This document shows, piece by piece, positions 19,134 to 28,249 of a stretch of DNA of 64,000 bases. The DNA is from an uncultured Lentimicrobiaceae bacterium (GTDB lineage Bacteria; Bacteroidota; Bacteroidia; Bacteroidales; SKPS01): contig CAZZBS010000001.1 of the NCBI GenBank assembly GCA_964652685.1, forward strand, positions 1,298-65,297. The letters run 5' to 3'. The position numbers were made by a program, and so were the translations under genes. The notes beneath the pieces were generated by a model, which worked only from the letters and a program-made list of their open reading frames with translations, was not told the DNA's origin and ran no database searches. The first letter of the stretch is position 1, and every line of letters begins with the position of its first letter.

Positions 19134-21560
19134 ATGCTTTTTTTGAAGAGAATCGGAACCGCCGGAGCAACTTTTATCTTTGGGTTGAGAAAGCATCCGG
19201 GACTCATCAGGTTTATACCGGCCATTATGATGCTCGGTGTATGGTTCTATCTCGCCTTGCCGCGGCCACTTTTCCACACGACATACTCTACCGTGGTTGT
19301 TGATGCCGATGGCAGGCTTTTGAGTGCCAGGGTGGCCGGTGATGAACAGTGGCGCTTCCCTGTACCGGACAGCCTCCCGGCAAAATATATTGCTGCACTG
19401 GTCATCTCCGAAGACCGACATTTCTTTCTGCACAACGGCGTTTATTTCCCTTCGTTGCTTAAAGCGTTGTATGACAACATCAGGTCCGGAACCATCAGGA
19501 GGGGGGGCAGCACCCTTTCCATGCAGGTGATCCGGCTTTCACAGGGTAATCCTCCGCGGACGGTACCCGCAAAACTGGCAGAGATACTACTTGCTTTCCG
19601 GTTGGAACTGACATCCAACAAGGAGGAGATACTGAAACTCTATGCATCCCATGCTCCATTCGGCAGCAATGTGGTAGGGCTGGAGGCGGCCTCCTGGCGT
19701 TACTACGGTAAGAGTTCCGATCGTTTATCCTGGGCAGAATGTGCAACCCTGGCTGTGTTGCCAAACAATCCGGGCATGATTTTTCCCGGGCGCAATCAGG
19801 CGATGCTGAAGGTAAAACGCGACAGGTTGCTGAAGAAGCTTTGCTCCTTTGATCTCATAACGGAAGAGATGTGCGACCTTTCGATGATGGAGCCCCTGCC
19901 AAGGGCACCGGAAATACTTCCTGACCTGGCGCCCCACCTCCTTAACCGCCTTGTGAAAGAGGGTAACCGTGGCCGGATGTGTCATACGACCATCCAGGCA
20001 GCCCTGCAGGAGCAGGTTGCCGGCATTGTTTCCCGGCACCATGAGATGCTGTCAGGAAGTTCTATCCACAACCTGGCTGTTCTTGTCCTTGATACCCGGA
20101 CCGGGGCTGTCAGGGCTTATGTGGGCAATGCCCGTGAAGCCGGGGATGAACATGGTGCTTATGTGGATGTGATACCAGCCAGACGAAGCAGCGGCAGCAT
20201 CCTGAAGCCTTTCCTCTATGCCATGATGCTCGACGACGGTTTGATCCTGCCGGGGATGCTGGTGAGGGACGTGCCGGTCCAGGTGGGCAACTTCAGGCCG
20301 CTTAACTACAACAGAAACTATAGTGGTGCTATCCCGGCGAGAAAGGCACTGGCACGCTCGCTGAATATCCCGGCGGTGCTGATGTTGAAAGACTACGGCA
20401 CAGCAAGGTTCTGCGACAGGATGCGAAAAATGGGGATGAGTACCCTGGAGAGGCCTGCTTCCCACTATGGGCTTTCGGTGATCCTTGGGGGTGCCGAGGC
20501 CCGCCTCTGGGAACTGTGCAGCTTCTATGCATCCATGGGCCGGACCCTGATGCATTTCACCGAATACGACAGCCGGTATGTGAAAGGGGATTTCCACCCG
20601 CCGATCATCCTGTATGATGAATACAAGCAGGATGTGGAGCGTAAACCCCGGCCGGACAAGCACCCGGTGATACTACATGCCTCTTCGATATGGTTGACCT
20701 TCAATGCCATGATGGAGGTTGCCCGCCCCGATGAGGAGGCCAACTGGTCATGGTTCAGCTCTATGCCCGCCATCGCCTGGAAAACAGGTACCAGCTTTGG
20801 CAACAGGGATGCCTGGGCCATTGGTGTCAGCCCCAGCTATATCGTTGGGGTATGGGCCGGCAACGCCAATGGCGAAGGAAGACCCAGTCTCACCGGAACC
20901 GGAGTGGCAGCCCCCGTGATGTTCGATGTATTCAGCCGTCTGCAAACCGGCGGATGGTTCGATACCCCATGGGACGAACTGACACCCGTGAAGGTGTGCC
21001 GCCACAGCGGACACCCTGCATCACCATTCTGCGACGTAACAGATACACTGTACACTGCAGCTGTGACCCTCAGGGTGCCTCCATGCCCCTACCATCAAAT
21101 CGTGCATCTTGACCCGTCAGAAAAGTACCAGGTTAACAACAGTTGCATGGATCCCTCGGGAATGATACACAAAACGTGGTTCATCCTGCCACCCCTTGTG
21201 GAATACTACTTTAAACCCCTGAATCCCTTTTACAGATCATTGCCTCCCCTGCGGGACGACTGCAAGAAAGGATTGCAGGAAAGGGCTGTGATGGAGATCA
21301 TCTACCCGGTTGACCTTGGAGAGATCCTTATTCCGGTGGATGTCTCCGGACAGAAAGAAAAGGTGATCTTCGAGGTTGCCCACCAGCAGAAAAACAGCAG
21401 GATATACTGGTACCTTGACGAAGCATTCATCGGTACCACCACAGGCGACCACAAAAAAAGCCTCGCACCGGAATCCGGGTGGCACACCCTTACCCTCACC
21501 GATGATAAAGGATTCCGTGTTTCCAGGAAATTCCGGATCATGGCACCGCGGAGGGAGTGA
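19134..21560 (+). CDS. pbpC: Penicillin-binding protein 1C (bifunctional GT51 transglycosylase/transpeptidase-like)
   Basis: 808 aa. GT51 motifs EDRHFFLHNG and GGSTLSMQV. Transpeptidase-type SGSILKP (SxxK) and WKTGTS (KTG). Long C-terminal extension as in PBP1C. Confidence 0.9.
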   Translation: MLFLKRIGTAGATFIFGLRKHPGLIRFIPAIMMLGVWFYLALPRPLFHTTYSTVVVDADGRLLSARVAGDEQWRFPVPDSLPAKYIAALVISEDRHFFLHNGVYFPSLLKALYDNIRSGTIRRGGSTLSMQVIRLSQGNPPRTVPAKLAEILLAFRLELTSNKEEILKLYASHAPFGSNVVGLEAASWRYYGKSSDRLSWAECATLAVLPNNPGMIFPGRNQAMLKVKRDRLLKKLCSFDLITEEMCDLSMMEPLPRAPEILPDLAPHLLNRLVKEGNRGRMCHTTIQAALQEQVAGIVSRHHEMLSGSSIHNLAVLVLDTRTGAVRAYVGNAREAGDEHGAYVDVIPARRSSGSILKPFLYAMMLDDGLILPGMLVRDVPVQVGNFRPLNYNRNYSGAIPARKALARSLNIPAVLMLKDYGTARFCDRMRKMGMSTLERPASHYGLSVILGGAEARLWELCSFYASMGRTLMHFTEYDSRYVKGDFHPPIILYDEYKQDVERKPRPDKHPVILHASSIWLTFNAMMEVARPDEEANWSWFSSMPAIAWKTGTSFGNRDAWAIGVSPSYIVGVWAGNANGEGRPSLTGTGVAAPVMFDVFSRLQTGGWFDTPWDELTPVKVCRHSGHPASPFCDVTDTLYTAAVTLRVPPCPYHQIVHLDPSEKYQVNNSCMDPSGMIHKTWFILPPLVEYYFKPLNPFYRSLPPLRDDCKKGLQERAVMEIIYPVDLGEILIPVDVSGQKEKVIFEVAHQQKNSRIYWYLDEAFIGTTTGDHKKSLAPESGWHTLTLTDDKGFRVSRKFRIMAPRRE

Positions 21561-21570
21561 AGGGCTTCGG

Positions 21571-23295
21571 CTACCGCATCAGGAACCTGTCATCGGTCTC
21601 TTCAACCAGCCGTTTCTTCCAGGAATCAGGATAGTCGAGGTGTTTCGGGGACATCGGAAATCCGTAAGGATTTCTGAGGAAGACACCCTCTTTTTCATGC
21701 TTGACGTTGCCATCAAGGTATTTCACCAGCAGAAAGTTACCAAGTTCACGCCATTGGTTCACCAGGTTATTGGCGGCATTGTGGGAGAAATCGGTGAGAA
21801 AAGGCCTGACAGCTTCTGGGTTCGAGTCGTATAGAAGCAGTGCTCCCGCATCGATGGCTGGCACAAAGGCATCGAACCGGCTTTCGATCTCCTGCTGTTT
21901 CTTCCGTACATCAGTGATGGCCCTGTCGTAAAACAGGTAAACGAACTGGGATACCCTGTTGAACACCCAAAAGGCGGAGTTGTCAACATACGTCAGGATG
22001 TCTCCGTTCCCTTCCGACCATGCAAGCGGCACATGGGTCATTCCGCAATAGAAAGGGACATGCACGGTCAGTCCTGCATCATCCACCCCATACCACAGGA
22101 TGCCGCCCACCGGGTTGGGAAGCCAGCTCCGCATCTGGGCCACCCAGGAAAATGCTGTTTGCTGGGTTGCCGTTACCCGTTCGTTAAAATAGGTCTTATC
22201 CTCAAATTTCCATTCCAGGGGCCTCCAGCGGTATGGCAAAGCCTGGGGGCCTGCCCCGAAATCCTTCGACATATCCAGTTCTGTTCCTTCAAGGGTATTG
22301 CGTTTGAAATGCATAAGATCGCGGGCTGTGAGTTTTCGGTTGGGCTTGATCCACAGTGGCATCCTGGGCCCTTTGCTCATGCCTGTGGCATAATCCCAGT
22401 AAGCATCCATATCATCCGCCGCCTGGTCAAACATAGCCCAAACCCTCAGTTCACAGAACCGGGCCGCACTGAAATCAAGCGGCGCATAAGTATCGGAGAA
22501 GCTGAAGTCAGATCCGTCACCTTTGTAGTAACCGCGGGTGCGGGCAAAGTCGATCACATCGTAGGCATACACCACCTCCACCTGAGGTTCATAGATCCTG
22601 TCAAGGTTCCTGCTGCTGATGCTCGTGCGCCCGTTCTCCCGCGGGAATGTCGTTATGCGGGGATGATTGGCATGGGCACTGATGTAGCCATCCGGAACAC
22701 GCATGGCAACCCATACGGCACCTTTATTTTCATTGTAACTCTTTCTGGTCTTTTTATCGGTTTTCATGCTGACACCCTTCCCGATGATCTCCAGGATCCA
22801 GGCCTCGTTGGGATCAGCCACCGAATAGGACTCGCCTGAACTGTAATAACCGAACGCTGCCACCAGCTCCACCATTACCTTAATTGCTTCACGTGCTGTT
22901 TTTGCCCTTTGTAATGCAAGGAACATGATGCTGCCCCAGTCGATGATGCCGGTGCTGTCATCCAGCCCACTCCTCCCTCCAAAGGTTGTCTCCCCAACAG
23001 CTACCTGGTATTCATTCATGAAACCGATCACCTGATAGGTCTCCCGCGGGACAGGAATCTGCCCCAGTGGTTTGTTGGAACTACGATCATAAACGGTCTG
23101 CATGCTCCCTTCAGGCCATGTCGTTCGGGGGATGAAATAAAGGTTGCCATACCGGATATGGGAATCCCCCGCATAACTGATCATGGTAGATCCATCGGCA
23201 GAAGCACCTTTGGTGATCAGGTAATTCGTACAGGCATCCACATCTGTTGCTACCAGCACTGTCAATACAAACAGTGAAAAAAACAATCGCTTCAT
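21571..23295 (-). CDS. C69-family dipeptidase
   Basis: Signal peptide followed by nucleophile Cys in DACTNYLITKGASADGSTMISY. 574 aa, typical for C69. Confidence 0.85.
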   Translation of the reverse strand: MKRLFFSLFVLTVLVATDVDACTNYLITKGASADGSTMISYAGDSHIRYGNLYFIPRTTWPEGSMQTVYDRSSNKPLGQIPVPRETYQVIGFMNEYQVAVGETTFGGRSGLDDSTGIIDWGSIMFLALQRAKTAREAIKVMVELVAAFGYYSSGESYSVADPNEAWILEIIGKGVSMKTDKKTRKSYNENKGAVWVAMRVPDGYISAHANHPRITTFPRENGRTSISSRNLDRIYEPQVEVVYAYDVIDFARTRGYYKGDGSDFSFSDTYAPLDFSAARFCELRVWAMFDQAADDMDAYWDYATGMSKGPRMPLWIKPNRKLTARDLMHFKRNTLEGTELDMSKDFGAGPQALPYRWRPLEWKFEDKTYFNERVTATQQTAFSWVAQMRSWLPNPVGGILWYGVDDAGLTVHVPFYCGMTHVPLAWSEGNGDILTYVDNSAFWVFNRVSQFVYLFYDRAITDVRKKQQEIESRFDAFVPAIDAGALLLYDSNPEAVRPFLTDFSHNAANNLVNQWRELGNFLLVKYLDGNVKHEKEGVFLRNPYGFPMSPKHLDYPDSWKKRLVEETDDRFLMR

Positions 23296-23558
23296 AAAGG
23301 TTTCTATTATTGTTGACCGGCAAAGATATCAGATTTACCGAAGGATACAAGAACCTGTTGGGTAGCAATATCCCGAAGGCCCCTCTTTTTTGTTGACAAT
23401 CATTTATTTAGCAGGATATCTATCATGGGGGGAGATGAATTTCCGATATATTTCCTGGTACTCTACAGGATATCGGAGATTCAAAGCCGTTGGGCGAATG
23501 TATAAGGGAGTTGGTATATTATCCCTCTTATCCATATACAAATAGCTCGATAATACCT

Positions 23559-23566
23559 TATTTTTG
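23559..23566 (+). promoter_or_regulatory. Candidate -7 box TATTTTTG
   Basis: 15 nt upstream of the ATG at 23581. Confidence 0.3.
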
Positions 23567-23580
23567 AAAAAAATATCCCC

Positions 23581-24630
23581 ATGTTCTTCTTCGAATACCG
23601 CAGCAAAGCCCACCGGATCCTCGTACATCTAATCTTCTGGGTTGTTTACCTTGCATTTTTCACCATCCTTTCCTTTGTAAATCCGAGTGTTAAAATTGGT
23701 TTTTTTGAAATAGGATTTCGGGGGCTGATTTACCTGCCAGTTGATATCAGTGCCACCTATTTCACAATTTATTTTCTTTTACCACGATTTTTCCTGAAAA
23801 AGGAATATCTGACATTCGCTCTCCTCTTTACCCTATTGGGATTTGTCACCATCTTCGTGAACCAGTCTATATCTTACTATATTACTTACCCTCTACTTGA
23901 GCAAAAGGTACCCCCCGTCAGTTTTTTCGATTTCAGTTTATGGGGCCTTTGGTACACGCTGGTGTCAACCTATGCTGTGGTAATCCTGGCTACTGGCATC
24001 AAGGTAGCCAAATTATGGCTGATGGAGGAACAGGCCAAGGCAAAGCTGGAGGCAGCCCGGGCACAAAGCGAGATCGCATTGCTCAAGTACCAGTTAAACC
24101 CCCATTTCATCTTTAACACCCTGAATAATATCGACACCCTCATTCATAAAAATCCGGTACAGGCCTCCCGGTGCATCATGAAATTATCGGAGATCATGCG
24201 GTATGTTGCGTATGAGTCGGAAGCCGATAAAGTGCCTGTTGAACGGGAAGTAAGTTATCTTCAGAGTTTTATTGATCTGCAGCAATTGCGGTTTGGCAGG
24301 AAACTGATCCATCTGGAGGTGGATATCAGGACACCCGGAAAGATGATCGCCCCCATGCTTTTCATCCCCCTGGTTGAGAATGCCATCAAACATGGGGATA
24401 AACATGGCAATACACCTACCATCCTGGTGAAGTTAACCGTGGACACTGCAGTGGATTTCTTAGTTAAGAATTCCCTTGCTTCAGAGATCACCCAAAAAGA
24501 TAAAATGGGAGGGATCGGCCTGAAAAACCTTCAACGCCGGCTGGACCTGATTTACCCCGGGACACATCTTTTTAAATGCTTGACCAGTGATGACCCGGCC
24601 ATCTATACAGCACATCTATGGATACAATGA
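23581..24630 (+). CDS. LytS/YehU-type sensor histidine kinase
   Basis: Five or more N-terminal TM segments, then LKYQLNPHFIFNTLNNI (His_kinase box) and a C-terminal ATPase-like GGIGLKNLQRRL. Confidence 0.85.
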   Translation: MFFFEYRSKAHRILVHLIFWVVYLAFFTILSFVNPSVKIGFFEIGFRGLIYLPVDISATYFTIYFLLPRFFLKKEYLTFALLFTLLGFVTIFVNQSISYYITYPLLEQKVPPVSFFDFSLWGLWYTLVSTYAVVILATGIKVAKLWLMEEQAKAKLEAARAQSEIALLKYQLNPHFIFNTLNNIDTLIHKNPVQASRCIMKLSEIMRYVAYESEADKVPVEREVSYLQSFIDLQQLRFGRKLIHLEVDIRTPGKMIAPMLFIPLVENAIKHGDKHGNTPTILVKLTVDTAVDFLVKNSLASEITQKDKMGGIGLKNLQRRLDLIYPGTHLFKCLTSDDPAIYTAHLWIQ

Positions 24631-25364
24631 AAATCAGATGCGTGGTGGTGGATGATGAACCGCTGGCCATTGAAAAACTCAAATCATTCATCACTAAAGT
24701 GCCCATGCTGGAACTTGCCGGCACATTCAGCAATGCCATTGATGCACTTCAGTTTATGAAGATAAACCAGGTGGACCTGCTTTTTCTCGACATCCAGATG
24801 GATGACCTCACCGGTATTCAATTACTCGAAATTATGACCCATAAGCCACAGGTCATTCTGACCACTGCTTACAGTGAGTTCGCCCTGAAAGGATATGAAT
24901 TCGATGTGGTTGATTACCTGTTGAAACCCATCTCCCTTGAACGATTCCTTCAGGCGGTAAACCGTGTGGCCGATAAGTTTGCCCTCTCCCGCCCACGGGT
25001 TGAGGTTAATCCGCAAAACTATACTGCTTCTGTTGCCGAAAAGGATTTCATCCTTGTAAAGGCAGACTATCATATGGAAAAAGTGACATTCAGGGATGTT
25101 CTGTATATCGAAGGGATGAAGGATTACCTCGGGATCGTAACCACCGATAAAAGGATCATGACCCTGATGAGTTTCAATACCCTTGAAGAGCTTCTACCGG
25201 CAAGAGGTTTTTGCCGGATCCATAAATCCTATATCATCGCCTTGGCAAAAATTGATAAGATTGATCGTAACCACGTGATCATCAACAAACAAAGGATTCC
25301 TATCGGAGATACTTATCGCAGGTCATTCTTTGACCTTCTGAAATCCATGGGGATCATTCAGTAA
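24627..25364 (+). CDS. LytTR-family response regulator
   Basis: MKIRCVVVDDEPLA receiver start, phospho-acceptor region LLFLDIQMDD, and a C-terminal LytTR domain (YIEGMKDYLGIVT...CRIHKSYIIAL). The ATG at 24627 overlaps the kinase stop (ATGA). An in-frame ATG at 24618 is also possible. Confidence 0.9.
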   Translation: MKIRCVVVDDEPLAIEKLKSFITKVPMLELAGTFSNAIDALQFMKINQVDLLFLDIQMDDLTGIQLLEIMTHKPQVILTTAYSEFALKGYEFDVVDYLLKPISLERFLQAVNRVADKFALSRPRVEVNPQNYTASVAEKDFILVKADYHMEKVTFRDVLYIEGMKDYLGIVTTDKRIMTLMSFNTLEELLPARGFCRIHKSYIIALAKIDKIDRNHVIINKQRIPIGDTYRRSFFDLLKSMGIIQ

Positions 25365-25690
25365 GACCAACACCCCGGTTTTCCCTACCAACAGGCTTAT
25401 AGAAACAGGTTTATTCTATATCATTAAATCTATTCTGTTTGTATATTTTATTTGACATTATATTGTAAGCGTTTCAATTTTGAGTCAGATTTTATTTTTG
25501 TTCAATCTGACAACAACATGAAACCCTTCATTGCTCTCCACATAACTGCATCCATCATCTCGTTATCATTCCCTGCAAAAGCCACAGCAAGGGTCTTCAG
25601 GGAGGTAGTCGGTTATCCTGCCTCCCTGAGTGGCTTTTTCAAGCAGGCATCATCGAAAGAAATCTTTCATCATTCTTAATATCCAAAGTC

Positions 25691-27352
25691 ATGAAACAAC
25701 TCATCTTCATCGCAGTCATCCTCTACCTGCTGCCCGGCATGATCATCGGGCAACCTCACCGAAAGGGGGTCCACATCAACAACCCCATTAACGCCGTTTG
25801 TGCCAGAGTACCCATCCATGACGTAAGAGGCGGGGAGATGTCCACAACTTTTGCATTAAGGCAGAGCACCCATGAAAATCCCATCATTCATCCACCACAC
25901 AACCTCAAGCAATGTCTTGATTCAATGATCGAGGAATACTTCAGCAACATTGCATCACAATGGATCAATGAATACAAAAAAGAATTCGGATATGATGCTG
26001 CCGGAAATGTGACCCGGTATATCTTATACCAATGGAATGAAATCAAGCATCTTTGGGACCTTTCGAGCAAAACCGAATATCAGTATGACAATAGTGGCAA
26101 TATCATCGAACAGGAACACAGCCAGTGGAATGCCATAACAATCCAATGGAACGCGGATTCCAGGGATATCTATTCATACAGTAGCACCGGCAATGTCACA
26201 GAACAATTCACCTATTTCTGGGATGCTTCCACCAGCACCTGGACCCCTTATGAACATCATGAATATATTTATCTTACCAGTGGAAATCTCTCACAATATA
26301 TCTACAGTCTCTGGGACCTGCCTTCCGGCCATTGGATCCCCGATTGCAAGGATGAATACCTGTATGATCTGAATGACCAGCTCATTACCTATAATTTTTA
26401 CGGATGGAATCCCATCTTAGGGCAATGGGTCCATTACAGGAAAGGGGAATTCACCTACGACACTGTCGGGAATCTTACGAAACAGGAGTATTCTGCCTGG
26501 AGTATATCTGCCTCTCAATGGATGGGGGAAACCAGGGATGAATTCTGGTATGATGCAAACAGCAACGTTACACAACACATATGCTCAGCCTGGCATAACG
26601 CTTCAAACCAATGGAATGAAGTCTTGAAAAATGAGTACCTTTATAATATTGCAGGCAATCTGGCACAGAGGACCTATTCAGAATGGAATCCTCTGCTGAG
26701 TGCATGGAAAGCTATCTGGAAGGAGGAATACATCTATAATACCATCGGATGTCAGACGCAATACTTCTATTATGAATGGGATGAAATCGCCAGTCTGTGG
26801 ACCCTTAATCAAAAACGGGAATCATTGTGGGACACCCATCAAAACCTGCTCAAAAGCCAGTTCTTTTTCAGGGATACCAATACAAACCAGTGGGTGGGAG
26901 ACATTCAGCAGGAATATGGTTACAACTACGCCTATACCAAATACGATCTGTATTATCCCTGCTGGCTCCCCTCCACCATGGTGCCATTTGAACATATGCT
27001 GACCAACAAAACCACGTCTGCCTGGGATTATAACACACAGTCATGGGAATATTCCGGCAATGTATTTCTTTATTATTCAGATGCCCATATCAGTGGCATC
27101 AACGAAAAGGAGCCTGACATGGAATGCAATGTTTATCCAAATCCAGCAAACGAATCTGTGGTCTTCCAGACAAGGGAAGGCACCGGACCGATATGGGTTG
27201 AGTTGTACAACCAGGATGGAAGACTTGTAATGAGAGAGCAACCGGATGCCGACAACCGTATCGTTACAGGAAGCCTTGATAATGGCACTTATTTCTACAA
27301 GGTAATCGGCAAAGAAGCCATCTCCAATGGTAAACTCATGATCCTGAAATAA
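25691..27352 (+). CDS. T9SS cargo protein built from about 9 YD-like repeats
   Basis: Repeats of about 46 aa: E(Y/F)xYDxxGNxxxxxxxxW(N/D). Examples are EYQYDNSGNIIEQEHSQWN, EFTYDTVGNLTKQEYSAWS and EFWYDANSNVTQHICSAWH. C-terminal CNVYPNPANESVVFQ...GTYFYKVIG...GKLMILK is a T9SS CTD. Confidence 0.75.
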   Translation: MKQLIFIAVILYLLPGMIIGQPHRKGVHINNPINAVCARVPIHDVRGGEMSTTFALRQSTHENPIIHPPHNLKQCLDSMIEEYFSNIASQWINEYKKEFGYDAAGNVTRYILYQWNEIKHLWDLSSKTEYQYDNSGNIIEQEHSQWNAITIQWNADSRDIYSYSSTGNVTEQFTYFWDASTSTWTPYEHHEYIYLTSGNLSQYIYSLWDLPSGHWIPDCKDEYLYDLNDQLITYNFYGWNPILGQWVHYRKGEFTYDTVGNLTKQEYSAWSISASQWMGETRDEFWYDANSNVTQHICSAWHNASNQWNEVLKNEYLYNIAGNLAQRTYSEWNPLLSAWKAIWKEEYIYNTIGCQTQYFYYEWDEIASLWTLNQKRESLWDTHQNLLKSQFFFRDTNTNQWVGDIQQEYGYNYAYTKYDLYYPCWLPSTMVPFEHMLTNKTTSAWDYNTQSWEYSGNVFLYYSDAHISGINEKEPDMECNVYPNPANESVVFQTREGTGPIWVELYNQDGRLVMREQPDADNRIVTGSLDNGTYFYKVIGKEAISNGKLMILK

Positions 27353-27382
27353 AAGAGAAACCAGGTATCTAAAAACACCCTG

Positions 27383-27420
27383 AAAACCTGTCACATACTT
27401 CATGTGGCAGGTTTTTATTT
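27383..27420 (+). terminator. Rho-independent terminator
   Basis: 14-bp stem aaaacctgtcacat / atgtggcaggtttt (one G-U pair), 5-nt loop, then T-rich tail tatttt. Confidence 0.75.
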
Positions 27421-27432
27421 TGATATTATCTG

Positions 27433-27440
27433 TACCTTTG
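27433..27440 (+). promoter_or_regulatory. Candidate -7 box TACCTTTG
   Basis: 79 nt upstream of the ATG at 27519, directly after the terminator. Confidence 0.3.
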
Positions 27441-27518
27441 CCAACCTTTTCATGGGGTAATCCCGGTTAAAATAAAACTTTCTTTAAGCCGTTTGCCTCT
27501 CTGAATTGACACGCCGAA

Positions 27519-28241
27519 ATGACTACAGGAAAATTCAGATATCTCATACCTGTACTGGTTTTTACAGCATTGCTGGGAAGCAGTGCACATGCCCAGCCTG
27601 CCAAGGTTGAAAACCTTGAAACATTTCCATACCGATCTTACTATTTTGGTTTTATGCTGGGTTTTAACAGCATGAATTTCATGGTACATCCAAACAGTGT
27701 AATCTACCCCAACGATTCGCTGTTTACACTTACCACGTACCCGGAATATGGTTTTCAGATCGGTATCCTGGCCAACAAGCGGATCAGAAACCAATTGCAC
27801 CTGCGGCTATCCACTGTACTTGCATTTGGGGAACGGTCCCTACATTACCGTATCCTGCACGAAGACAGTTTTTACGTAGCCCAGAAAAACATCGAATCCA
27901 CCTTCATCGAATTCCCCTTATCATTGAAGTATTCATCCCGCCGGCTCAACAACTTTGGCGCATACATACTGGGTGGTGCCAAATATGGCATTGACCTGGC
28001 CTCCCAGGCTGGCAAAAAAGAGCAGACCGAAGATTTGATCGTCAAGCTTAAGCCCAATGAGTTTTCGATGGAACTGGGGGTTGGATTGGACTTCTATCTG
28101 CCCTATTTCAAGTTCGGTATTGAGTTCAAGCGATCATTCGGTGTGAATGACCTGCTTGTGCGGGAAAATAATATTTATACCAGCGATATCCGGAAACTAA
28201 ATTCCAAAATTTATCAGCTTACTTTCACCTTTGAGGGGTAG
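27519..28241 (+). CDS. Outer-membrane beta-barrel protein (OMP_b-brl_2 / PorT-SprT-like)
   Basis: 240 aa. Signal peptide ending SAHAQP, alternating beta-strand pattern, C-terminal YQLTFTFEG. The PorT assignment is only a resemblance in size and pattern. Confidence 0.55.
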   Translation: MTTGKFRYLIPVLVFTALLGSSAHAQPAKVENLETFPYRSYYFGFMLGFNSMNFMVHPNSVIYPNDSLFTLTTYPEYGFQIGILANKRIRNQLHLRLSTVLAFGERSLHYRILHEDSFYVAQKNIESTFIEFPLSLKYSSRRLNNFGAYILGGAKYGIDLASQAGKKEQTEDLIVKLKPNEFSMELGVGLDFYLPYFKFGIEFKRSFGVNDLLVRENNIYTSDIRKLNSKIYQLTFTFEG

Positions 28242-28249
28242 TCCTCTCC

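Noticed and set aside
25452-25679. 75-aa ORF (or 53 aa from an internal ATG) in the gap between the LytTR gene and the T9SS repeat protein.
   Set aside because: It starts with TTG, has no motifs, and sits in an AT-rich region that more likely serves as promoter/operator. It is left unannotated.
27519-28241. Calling this gene porT/sprT outright.
   Set aside because: Only the size, signal peptide and beta-barrel pattern are consistent with that call. I cannot distinguish PorT from generic OMP_b-brl_2 proteins without an HMM search.
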